64,000 nt of DNA from positions 5,045 through 69,044 of the forward strand of contig CAZERM010000003.1 of the NCBI GenBank assembly GCA_964514555.1, given 5' to 3'. Below are positions 56,412 to 64,000 of the stretch, piece after piece. Below the pieces are notes generated by a model. It had not been told where the DNA came from and searched no databases. It saw only the letters and a list, made by a program, of their open reading frames with translations. Position numbers and translations under genes: made by a program. Positions within the stretch are counted from its first letter, which is position 1; every line of letters starts with the position of its first letter. Source of the stretch: an uncultured Lachnospiraceae bacterium. GTDB lineage: Bacteria; Bacillota; Clostridia; Oscillospirales; CAG-272.

Positions 56412-57482
56412 TCAGTCTACTACAACTCTCCAACCGAACGGATCGTCGAGTTTGCCGAGCTGGATACCTGTAACAGTATCATAGATCTTCTGGCTTACTT
56501 TGCCGATGCCGCCGTCGCCGATGACCATAACGTCATCTTTGTAACGGAGTTTGCCAACGGGAGAGATAACTGCCGCTGTGCCTGTGCCGAATACTTCTTC
56601 GAGTTTGCCTGTATTCTGTGCTTCGAGAAGTTCGTCAACGGAGATCTTGCGTTCTTCAACTTCCATGCCCCAGTGTTTGCAAAGCTGGATAACGGAGTTA
56701 CGAGTTACACCGGGAAGGATGCTGCCGTTGAGCATAGGAGTAACGATCTTGCCATCTATCTTGAAGAAGATGTTCATAGCGCCAACTTCTTCTACGTATT
56801 TGCGCTCAACACCGTCGAGCCAAAGAACCTGAGAATAGCCTGCATCGTGTGCTTTGACCTGTGCTGCAAGGCTGCAAGCGTAGTTACCGCCTGTCTTTGT
56901 GAAGCCCATACCACCGCGAACGGCGCGAACGAATTCGTCTTCGATCCAAATGCCTACGGGGTTAAGACCGCTTGCATAGTAAGCGCCGGAGGGAGAAAGG
57001 ATAACGATGAAGAGGTATGTTTTAGAGGGAGCAACGCCGAGGAAAGCGTCTGTTGCGATGATGAAAGGACGGATGTAAAGAGATGTGCCGGGGTCTGTGG
57101 GGATCCAAGCTTCGTCAACTTTTACAACAGCCTTAACAGCCTGAACGAAATCTTCTTCGGGAATCTCGGGAATGCAAAGACGTTTGTTGGAAGCGTTTGC
57201 ACGCTTAGCGTTCATGTCGGGGCGGAAGAGGCAAGTTTTGCCGTCTTCTGTCTTGTAAGCCTTCATGCCTTCGAACATTTCCTGACCATAGTGGAATACC
57301 ATGGAGGAAGGATCGAGGGAGAGGGGCTGATAAGGAACGATGCGAGCATCGTGCCAACCTTTACCTTCGGTGTAGTTCATCATGAACATATGGTCCGTGA
57401 AGATATGACCAAAGCCGAGAGCCGCACCTTTTTCGGGTATCTGCTTAGGATTTTTTGTTTTTTCGATTGTGATATTCAACAT
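56412..57482 (-). CDS. ilvE: branched-chain amino acid aminotransferase
   Basis: 356 aa class-IV aminotransferase (FGHIFTDHMF...FEGMKAY...GGNYA). Confidence 0.92.
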   Translation of the reverse strand: MLNITIEKTKNPKQIPEKGAALGFGHIFTDHMFMMNYTEGKGWHDARIVPYQPLSLDPSSMVFHYGQEMFEGMKAYKTEDGKTCLFRPDMNAKRANASNKRLCIPEIPEEDFVQAVKAVVKVDEAWIPTDPGTSLYIRPFIIATDAFLGVAPSKTYLFIVILSPSGAYYASGLNPVGIWIEDEFVRAVRGGMGFTKTGGNYACSLAAQVKAHDAGYSQVLWLDGVERKYVEEVGAMNIFFKIDGKIVTPMLNGSILPGVTRNSVIQLCKHWGMEVEERKISVDELLEAQNTGKLEEVFGTGTAAVISPVGKLRYKDDVMVIGDGGIGKVSQKIYDTVTGIQLGKLDDPFGWRVVVD

Positions 57483-57500
57483 AGAAAATACACTTCACTT

Positions 57501-58577
57501 TCATTTTATATATTCAAGTACTTTTGCTGTCATTTCCGTGCAGGAAAGGGGTTCTGTATCGGACGCACCGAGGATATCGCTTGTGCGGTAGCCTGCGTTG
57601 AGAACGTCTTCAACAGCTGTTTCGATAGCAACCGCTTCTTTCTCGAGTCCGAAAGAATAGCGGAGCATCATTGCAGCGGAAAGGATAGTTGCGATGGGGT
57701 TTGCTTTGTTCTGACCGGCGATGTCGGGAGCGGAACCGTGGATAGGTTCGTACATACCGCAAGTCGTATCGCCGAGAGAAGCGGAGGGAAGAAGACCGAT
57801 GGAGCCTGTTATCTGAGAAGATTCATCGGAGAGGATGTCGCCGAACATATTCGTTGTAACGATAACGTCGAACTGAGCAGGGTTTTTGATGAGCTGCATA
57901 GCCGCATTGTCAACGAGCATATCTGTGCATTCTACCTCGGGGTACTGTTCAGCTATTCTGTGAACAGTTGCTCTCCAAAGTCGGGAGCTTTCAAGGACAT
58001 TTGCTTTGTCTATGCTTACAACTTTCTTTCTGCGGAGCATAGCTGTTTTAAACGCTACATGAGCGATTCTTTCGATCTCCATCTCGCTGTAACATTCCGT
58101 GTCATATGCTTCGGGGCCGTATTTGCCGTCGCGTCTGCCGCGTTCGCCAAAGTATATGCCGCCCGTAAGCTCACGGATCATAACGATATCAACGCCTTTT
58201 TCAGCAACATCTTTGCGGAGCAAGCAAGCGTCTGCCATAGCGGAGAAGAGCTTTGCCGGGCGGATGTTTGTGTAAAGACCGAGCGCGGAACGAATACCGA
58301 GCAAAGCCTTTTCGGGGCGCATATTACCGGGGAGAGTGTCCCATTTGGGACCGCCGACAGCACCGAGAAGAACGCTGTCGGATTCTTTACAGCCTTTAAC
58401 TGTTTCTTCGGGGAGCGGAACGCCGCAAGCGTCGAGTGCGGAACCGCCGATAAGATAAGGAGTGAAATTGAATGTATGACCGTATATCTCGCCGATCTTT
58501 GTGAGTACTTCGCAAGCGCTGTCAACGATCTCGGGACCGATGCCGTCGCCGCGGAGGAGTGCTATATTATAATTCAT
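57501..58577 (-). CDS. leuB: 3-isopropylmalate dehydrogenase
   Basis: [14 protein letters not shown]-terminus and [10 protein letters not shown] signature. Confidence 0.95.
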   Translation of the reverse strand: MNYNIALLRGDGIGPEIVDSACEVLTKIGEIYGHTFNFTPYLIGGSALDACGVPLPEETVKGCKESDSVLLGAVGGPKWDTLPGNMRPEKALLGIRSALGLYTNIRPAKLFSAMADACLLRKDVAEKGVDIVMIRELTGGIYFGERGRRDGKYGPEAYDTECYSEMEIERIAHVAFKTAMLRRKKVVSIDKANVLESSRLWRATVHRIAEQYPEVECTDMLVDNAAMQLIKNPAQFDVIVTTNMFGDILSDESSQITGSIGLLPSASLGDTTCGMYEPIHGSAPDIAGQNKANPIATILSAAMMLRYSFGLEKEAVAIETAVEDVLNAGYRTSDILGASDTEPLSCTEMTAKVLEYIK

Positions 58578-58610
58578 CGTATATTACCTCAATTTTTAAA
58601 ATTGCTTGGC

Positions 58611-59105
58611 TTATTTGATCTTGCCCTGTTTGATAGCTTCGATAAGACCGCCTGCTTCGATTATGGAGTTGATGAAAGCAGGGAACGGTTCTGTTTTATA
58701 CTGCTTGCCTGTAGTTGTATTTGTGATGATACCGGCTGTAAGATCGCAGGAAAGAACATCGCCTTCGTTTATCTCGTCAACTGCTTCGGGGCATTCAACG
58801 ATGGGAAGACCGATGTTGATGGCGTTGCGGTAGAAGATACGCGCAAAGCTCTTTGCGATAACAACGGAAACAGCGCTCTCTTTGATTACCATGGGAGCGT
58901 GTTCACGAGAAGAACCGCAACCGAAGTTGTAGCCCGCAACCATGATGTCGCCGGGAACTACTCTTTTAACAAAAGTAGGGTCAAGGTCTTCCATGCAGTG
59001 GGAAGCAAGCTCTTTTTTGTCGATAGTGTTGAGGTATCTTGCGGGAATGATAACGTCTGTATCTACGTTATCGCCGTACTTTATAACTTTTCCGTCAAAA
59101 TTCAT
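58611..59105 (-). CDS. leuD: 3-isopropylmalate dehydratase small subunit
   Basis: 164 aa. [15 protein letters not shown]...[12 protein letters not shown]. 4-nt overlap with the leuC stop. Confidence 0.93.
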   Translation of the reverse strand: MNFDGKVIKYGDNVDTDVIIPARYLNTIDKKELASHCMEDLDPTFVKRVVPGDIMVAGYNFGCGSSREHAPMVIKESAVSVVIAKSFARIFYRNAINIGLPIVECPEAVDEINEGDVLSCDLTAGIITNTTTGKQYKTEPFPAFINSIIEAGGLIEAIKQGKIK

Positions 59106-60367
59106 TTTTTCATTACCTCCCTGGGGTCTGCGATTTTGCCCATTATCGCGCTTGCAGCAGCGACAGCGGGGCTTGCAAGGTAGACTTCGGATTTAACATG
59201 GCCCATTCTGCCGACGAAGTTTCTGTTTGTTGTTGCAACAGCTCTTTCGCCTTCGGCAAGGATGCCCATATGACCGCCAAGGCAAGGACCGCAAGTAGGA
59301 GTAGAAACTATTGCGCCTGCCTCGATAAATGTTTTGAGGTAACCTTTTTCCATTGCTTCAAGGTAGATCTTCTGCGTTGCGGGAATGATGATAGCGCGAA
59401 CGCCTTTTGCAACCTTTTTGCCTGCGAGTATCTTAGCGGCGATCTCGAGGTCGGAGAATCTGCCGTTCGTGCAGGAACCGATAACTACCTGGTCGATCTT
59501 AACATCGCCGCAATCGCCGATCTCTCTCGTGTTTTCGGGGAGGTGGGGGAAAGCTACTGTGGGTTCGAGCGCGGAAAGGTCTATTTCGTAAGTTTCGTCG
59601 TAAACAGCGTCTTCGTCAGCCGTGAAGATAACGGGTTCGCCTGCGCCTGCGTTCTTCATGTATTCGATAGTTTTATCGTCTACTTCGAAAACGCCGTTCT
59701 TTGCGCCTGCTTCGATAGCCATGTTAGCCATGCAGAGTCTGTCGTCCATGGAAAGAGAGTGCATACCTTCGCCTGTAAATTCCATAGAGCGGTAGAGCGC
59801 GCCGTCAACGCCTATCTTGCCGATGATGTGGAGGATAACGTCCTTACCGGAAACGTATTCGGGAAGAGTTCCTTTGAGGATAAAGCGGATCGCGGAGGGA
59901 ACTTTGAACCAAGCTTTTCCCGTTGCCATGCCGCAAGCCATATCTGTGGAGCCTACACCTGTGGAGAAAGCGCCCAAAGCGCCGTATGTACAAGTGTGAG
60001 AGTCCGCGCCGATAACTACGTCGCCGCTCTTAACGAGTCCTTTCTCGGGGAGGAGAGCGTGTTCGATGCCCATTTCGCCAACGTCATAGAAGTTGGTGAT
60101 GCTCTGTTCTCCTGCAAATTCGCGGCACATCTTGCACTGTTCTGCCGCCTTGATATCTTTGTTGGGCGCAAAGTGATCCATTACGAGAGCGATCTTTTCC
60201 TTGTTGAAAACATCGCCGCCGAGTTTATTATATTCGCGGATAGCAACGGGGGAAGTGATATCGTTTCCGAGCACGAGGCTGAGGTTAGCGAGGATAAGCT
60301 GACCTGCGGAAACGCTTTCAAGTCCTGCGGCACGCGCGAGTATCTTTTGCGTCATGGTCATTCCCAT
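59102..60367 (-). CDS. leuC: 3-isopropylmalate dehydratase large subunit
   Basis: 421 aa aconitase-family protein (MTQKIL...DHF.PN...[11 protein letters not shown]...GSCTNGR). Confidence 0.95.
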   Translation of the reverse strand: MGMTMTQKILARAAGLESVSAGQLILANLSLVLGNDITSPVAIREYNKLGGDVFNKEKIALVMDHFAPNKDIKAAEQCKMCREFAGEQSITNFYDVGEMGIEHALLPEKGLVKSGDVVIGADSHTCTYGALGAFSTGVGSTDMACGMATGKAWFKVPSAIRFILKGTLPEYVSGKDVILHIIGKIGVDGALYRSMEFTGEGMHSLSMDDRLCMANMAIEAGAKNGVFEVDDKTIEYMKNAGAGEPVIFTADEDAVYDETYEIDLSALEPTVAFPHLPENTREIGDCGDVKIDQVVIGSCTNGRFSDLEIAAKILAGKKVAKGVRAIIIPATQKIYLEAMEKGYLKTFIEAGAIVSTPTCGPCLGGHMGILAEGERAVATTNRNFVGRMGHVKSEVYLASPAVAAASAIMGKIADPREVMKK

Positions 60368-60487
60368 TTTGTTTGATCTCCTTACTGATTTTTTGCCGTT
60401 CTATATCAACGGAGGGATAATTGCTTTTATAAATAATACCTCTTTTCTGCGCCGCTTTCGCGGCACAAAGAGGCGGAATATTCAAAT

Positions 60488-61999
60488 TCAGATGATCTTT
60501 TCAAGAGCATTGATATAAGCAAGGATACTTGCTTCAACAATGTCAGTGGAAAGACCGCGTCCGGAAACAAGCTCTTCGCTGTCTTCTGCTTTGATCTTAA
60601 CGATAGCTTCGCCGAGGGAGTCTTTGCCTTCGGAAACAGCGTTGATAGTGTATTTCTCAAGCGTGTGAGCGGGAGGATTGATGAGCTTCTTAACAGCGTT
60701 GTAGGAAGCATCAACAGGACCGTTGCCGACAGCTGCATCTTCCAAAACCGTGCCGTTAGCGAGCTTCAAGCGTACCGTGCTTGTTGCGGAGAGTACGTTG
60801 CTTGCGTGAACATAGAAACGGTCGAGCTGATATTTCGTGTTGTCGGAAACTCTCTTTTTGTGAGTAACGAGCGCGCTGATATCTGCATCGGAAACTGTTT
60901 TCTTTTTGTCGCAAAGCACTTTGAATTTTTCGAAGCAATCGAGCAATTCTTCTTCGGAAAGCTCATATCCGAGCTCACGGAGTCTTGCATCGAATGCGTG
61001 TTTGCCCGAATGTTTGCCGAGGACGATCTTGTTTGTTGTGATACCTACGGATTCGGGTGTCATGATCTCGTATGTGCTTCTGTTGGCAAGAACGCCGTGC
61101 TGGTGGATACCGGATTCGTGAGCGAAAGCGTTTGCGCCTACGATAGGTTTGTTGAGCGCGGGTGTCTGACCGATGATGTTATATACGAGTTTGGATGTAT
61201 TGTAGATTTTTGTTGTGTCGATCCTGGGAGGATTCTTATATATATCGGGGCGTGTACGCATAGCCATAACAACTTCTTCGAGAGATGTGTTACCTGCGCG
61301 TTCGCCGAGACCGTTTATCGTACATTCGATCTGCGTAGCACCGCCGAGTACGCCTGCAAGAGAGTTTGCAACGCCGAGACCGAGGTCATTGTGGCAGTGA
61401 ACGGCAAAATCTACTTTGTCGGAATTTTCTACGTTAGCAATAAGATACGCGATAAGGTCGTGCATTTCCTGGGGTGTTGTGTAACCTACCGTATCGGGAA
61501 TGTTGATCGTTGTCGCGCCTGCGCGGATAGCTGTGTCAACGACTCTTGCAAGAAATTCAGGTTCGCTTCTTGTAGCGTCTTCCGCGGAAAATTCGATATT
61601 GGAGCAGTAGTTTTTAGCATAAGCAACGAGCTTCTCTGTTTTTTCGAGAACCTGTTCTTCTGTCATTTTGAGCTTATACTGCATATGAAGGGGGGATGTT
61701 GCCAAGAATACATGGATTCTGGGGTCAACTGCGCCTCTTACTGCTTCGTAAGCGGCATCTATATCTTTAATTGTGAGGCGTGCGAGAGAAGCAACTGTGC
61801 AATCATGAACAGCTTCGGCAATGCTCTTAACGGATTCAAAGTCGCCGGGAGAGGATATAGCAAAACCTGCCTCGATAACATCGACCTTGAGCTTTTCGAG
61901 TGCGTGTGCAACTTCGAGCTTTTCCTGAAGGTTCATGCTGCAACCGGGAGACTGTTCTCCATCACGCAGCGTCGTGTCGAAAATTTTTACCTGTTTCAT
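60488..61999 (-). CDS. leuA: 2-isopropylmalate synthase
   Basis: IFDTTLRDGEQSPG N-terminus, HCHNDLGLGVAN motif, and a C-terminal LeuA dimerisation/regulatory domain. Confidence 0.95.
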   Translation of the reverse strand: MKQVKIFDTTLRDGEQSPGCSMNLQEKLEVAHALEKLKVDVIEAGFAISSPGDFESVKSIAEAVHDCTVASLARLTIKDIDAAYEAVRGAVDPRIHVFLATSPLHMQYKLKMTEEQVLEKTEKLVAYAKNYCSNIEFSAEDATRSEPEFLARVVDTAIRAGATTINIPDTVGYTTPQEMHDLIAYLIANVENSDKVDFAVHCHNDLGLGVANSLAGVLGGATQIECTINGLGERAGNTSLEEVVMAMRTRPDIYKNPPRIDTTKIYNTSKLVYNIIGQTPALNKPIVGANAFAHESGIHQHGVLANRSTYEIMTPESVGITTNKIVLGKHSGKHAFDARLRELGYELSEEELLDCFEKFKVLCDKKKTVSDADISALVTHKKRVSDNTKYQLDRFYVHASNVLSATSTVRLKLANGTVLEDAAVGNGPVDASYNAVKKLINPPAHTLEKYTINAVSEGKDSLGEAIVKIKAEDSEELVSGRGLSTDIVEASILAYINALEKII

Positions 62000-62090
62000 G
62001 TGATTTCCTTTCGCACCTCTGTGCGTTTGTTTTTTTTCAATATTACGGTTTCCCTCCGAAAAAAGAGGGAAACCGCATTTTTTAAAAATA

Positions 62091-63758
62091 TTACTCTACG
62101 TCGATAACTGCGCCTTTGTCGGCGGAGCTTACGCTTCTTGCGTATTTTTTAAGGTAGCCTTTGATGTCCTTTTTAACTTTGATGGGCATTTCAGCTTTTC
62201 TCTTTGCCATTTCCTCTTCGGAAACTTCAAGGTTGATAGAGTAGTTGGGGATATCGATAGAGATGATATCGCCGTTTTTAACGTAAGCGATGGCACCGCC
62301 GCTTACTGCTTCGGGGGAAACGTGGCCGATAGATGCGCCGCGTGTCGCACCGGAGAAACGTCCGTCTGTGATAAGAGCAACTTCTTTGTCAAGTCCCATA
62401 CCGCAGATAGCGGATGTGGGGGAGAGCATCTCTCTCATACCGGGGCCGCCGGCAGGTCCTTCGTAACGGATAACAACAACGTCGCCGGATTTGATCTTGC
62501 CTGCGTAGATATCTGCAATAGCTTCTTCTTCGCTGTCAAATACAACTGCGGGACCTTTGTGGACCATCATTTCGGGAGCAACGGCACTGCGCTTAACAGC
62601 CGCACCGTTGGGAGCGAGAGAACCGAACAAAACAGCAAGACCGCCGTTTTCGAGGTAGGGGTTGTCGATAGGACGAATTACCTCGTGGTTCTTTACGGTA
62701 ACGTTTGCGATGTTTTCGCCTACTGTCTTACCTGTAACCGTGATAAGGCTCGTATCGAGGAGATCTTTCTTTGTAAGTTCGTTCATAACGGCGTATACAC
62801 CGCCTGCCGCCTGAAGATCCTGCATATGGTGATGACCTGCGGGAGCGAGATGGCAAAGGTTGGGTGTGTGGTCGCTGATCTCGTTTACATAGTGGAGGTC
62901 AAGAGTTACGCCTGCTTCCTTAGCAATAGCTGTAAGGTGGAGCAAGGAGTTAGAGGAGCAACCGAGCGCCATGTCGATAGTAAGGGCGTTTTTGAACGCC
63001 TTTTCCGTGAGGATATCGAGGGGGCGGAGGTCTTCGTGAACGAGTTCAACTGCTCTCATGCCGACCGTTTTGGCAAGGCGCTGACGTTCTGCGTATACCG
63101 CAGGGATAGTGCCGTTGCCGCGCAAGCCCATGCCGAGCGCTTCTGTGAGGCAGTTCATGGAGTTTGCCGTGAACATACCGGAGCAGGAACCACAACCGGG
63201 GCAAGCGTTGTTTTCGTAATATGCGAGCTGTTCGTCCGTAGCTTTACCGCTCTTATATGCACCGACAGCTTCAAATACGCTGTTAAGGTCCATATATCTG
63301 CCGTCTTCACCGCAAAGGGAGAGCATGGGGCCGCCGGAAACGAAAATGGAGGGGATGTTAAGTCTTGCCGCCGCCATAAGCATACCGGGGACGATCTTGT
63401 CGCAGTTGGGAATGAATACAAGGCCGTCGAAACGATGAGCCTTTGCCATACATTCCACGCTGTCCGCGATTATTTCGCGAGTTACGAGGGAATATTTCAT
63501 TCCCTCGTGGCCCATTGCGATACCGTCGCAAACACCGATAACATTAAATTCTACGGGTGTACCGCCTGCCATGAGCACGCCGTCTTTAACGCTGCGCGCT
63601 ATCGTCTGCAAGTGGATATGACCCGGGATTATCTCATTAAAAGAGTTTACGATACCGATAAGAGGTTTCTTTATCTGAGTATCAGTATAGCCCATTGCTT
63701 TGAAAAGCGAGCGCTGAGGAGCACGTTCTGCTCCGAGCTTCATTTCGTCGCTTCTCAT
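62091..63758 (-). CDS. ilvD: dihydroxy-acid dehydratase
   Basis: 555 aa. [11 protein letters not shown]...[10 protein letters not shown]...GPGMREML motifs. Confidence 0.95.
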   Translation of the reverse strand: MRSDEMKLGAERAPQRSLFKAMGYTDTQIKKPLIGIVNSFNEIIPGHIHLQTIARSVKDGVLMAGGTPVEFNVIGVCDGIAMGHEGMKYSLVTREIIADSVECMAKAHRFDGLVFIPNCDKIVPGMLMAAARLNIPSIFVSGGPMLSLCGEDGRYMDLNSVFEAVGAYKSGKATDEQLAYYENNACPGCGSCSGMFTANSMNCLTEALGMGLRGNGTIPAVYAERQRLAKTVGMRAVELVHEDLRPLDILTEKAFKNALTIDMALGCSSNSLLHLTAIAKEAGVTLDLHYVNEISDHTPNLCHLAPAGHHHMQDLQAAGGVYAVMNELTKKDLLDTSLITVTGKTVGENIANVTVKNHEVIRPIDNPYLENGGLAVLFGSLAPNGAAVKRSAVAPEMMVHKGPAVVFDSEEEAIADIYAGKIKSGDVVVIRYEGPAGGPGMREMLSPTSAICGMGLDKEVALITDGRFSGATRGASIGHVSPEAVSGGAIAYVKNGDIISIDIPNYSINLEVSEEEMAKRKAEMPIKVKKDIKGYLKKYARSVSSADKGAVIDVE

Positions 63759-64000
63759 TTTGTAAGATCTCCCCAGTTCATCTTTTCGCGGAGTTCCTTA
63801 CCAACCTGTTCCATCTGGCATTCTGCTTCCTGGTTGCGGCGAGCATTGAAGAAGGGTCTGCCTGCCTGGTTTTCAAGGATCCAATTGCGAGCGAATGTAC
63901 CGTTCTGGATCTCTTCAAGAACTTTCTTCATTTCTTTCTTTGTTTCTTCTGTAATTACGCGAGGACCAACTGTGTAGTCGCCGTATTCAGCTGTATCGGA
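63755..64000 (-). CDS. ilvC: ketol-acid reductoisomerase, C-terminal 81 aa (5' part outside the window)
   Basis: My translation reads [55 protein letters not shown]...[15 protein letters not shown] overlap with the ilvD start. Not in the ORF track because it runs off the edge. Confidence 0.88.
   Translation of the reverse strand, partial: SDTAEYGDYTVGPRVITEETKKEMKKVLEEIQNGTFARNWILENQAGRPFFNARRNQEAECQMEQVGKELREKMNWGDLTK

Overview
This 64-kb window comes from a Firmicute. Gene content, AGGAGG-type ribosome-binding sites and TTGACA/TATAAT promoters look Clostridia-like, but I cannot assign a taxon without a search. Most of it is core metabolism, with about 54 genes.

Main operons and loci:
- A minus-strand pyrimidine operon, pyrC-carA-carB-pyrK-pyrD (1-6764).
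- A translationally coupled ABC-2/GldG-like/DUF4340-like operon (7260-12689).
- clpB preceded by an uncharacterised ribbon-helix-helix (RHH) gene (14275-17612).
- A partial capsule-type module, cpsC-cpsD-cpsB-capD, with no glycosyltransferases (24283-28588).
- mgsA, nadA and cysK.
- A MarR plus heterodimeric ABC exporter operon.
- A PF04392-type ABC importer.
- argCJBDF (45486-50648) and trkAH (50812-53633).
- A minus-strand ilvC-ilvD-leuACDB-ilvE operon (56412-64000).

I found no rRNA, tRNA, CRISPR array, transposase, integrase, phage gene or recognisable defence gene.

The least ordinary content is non-coding:
- (a) A modular, hairpin-rich intergenic repeat family occurs in three copies, each starting just after a gene's terminator. 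Two inverted copies bracket a 2.3-kb three-gene insert between trkH and ilvE.
- (b) A perfect-consensus promoter followed by an intrinsic terminator forms a roughly 145-nt leader in front of the PF04392-type importer. This is a candidate unrecognised attenuator or riboswitch.
- (c) An orphan promoter-terminator unit and a duplicated, strongly structured region lie inside the insert.
- (d) The RHH gene is coupled to clpB, and no CtsR or CIRCE operator is visible.

All functional calls come from reading the translations and motifs. No database search was possible, so family names are recognition-based and the novelty claims are hypotheses.
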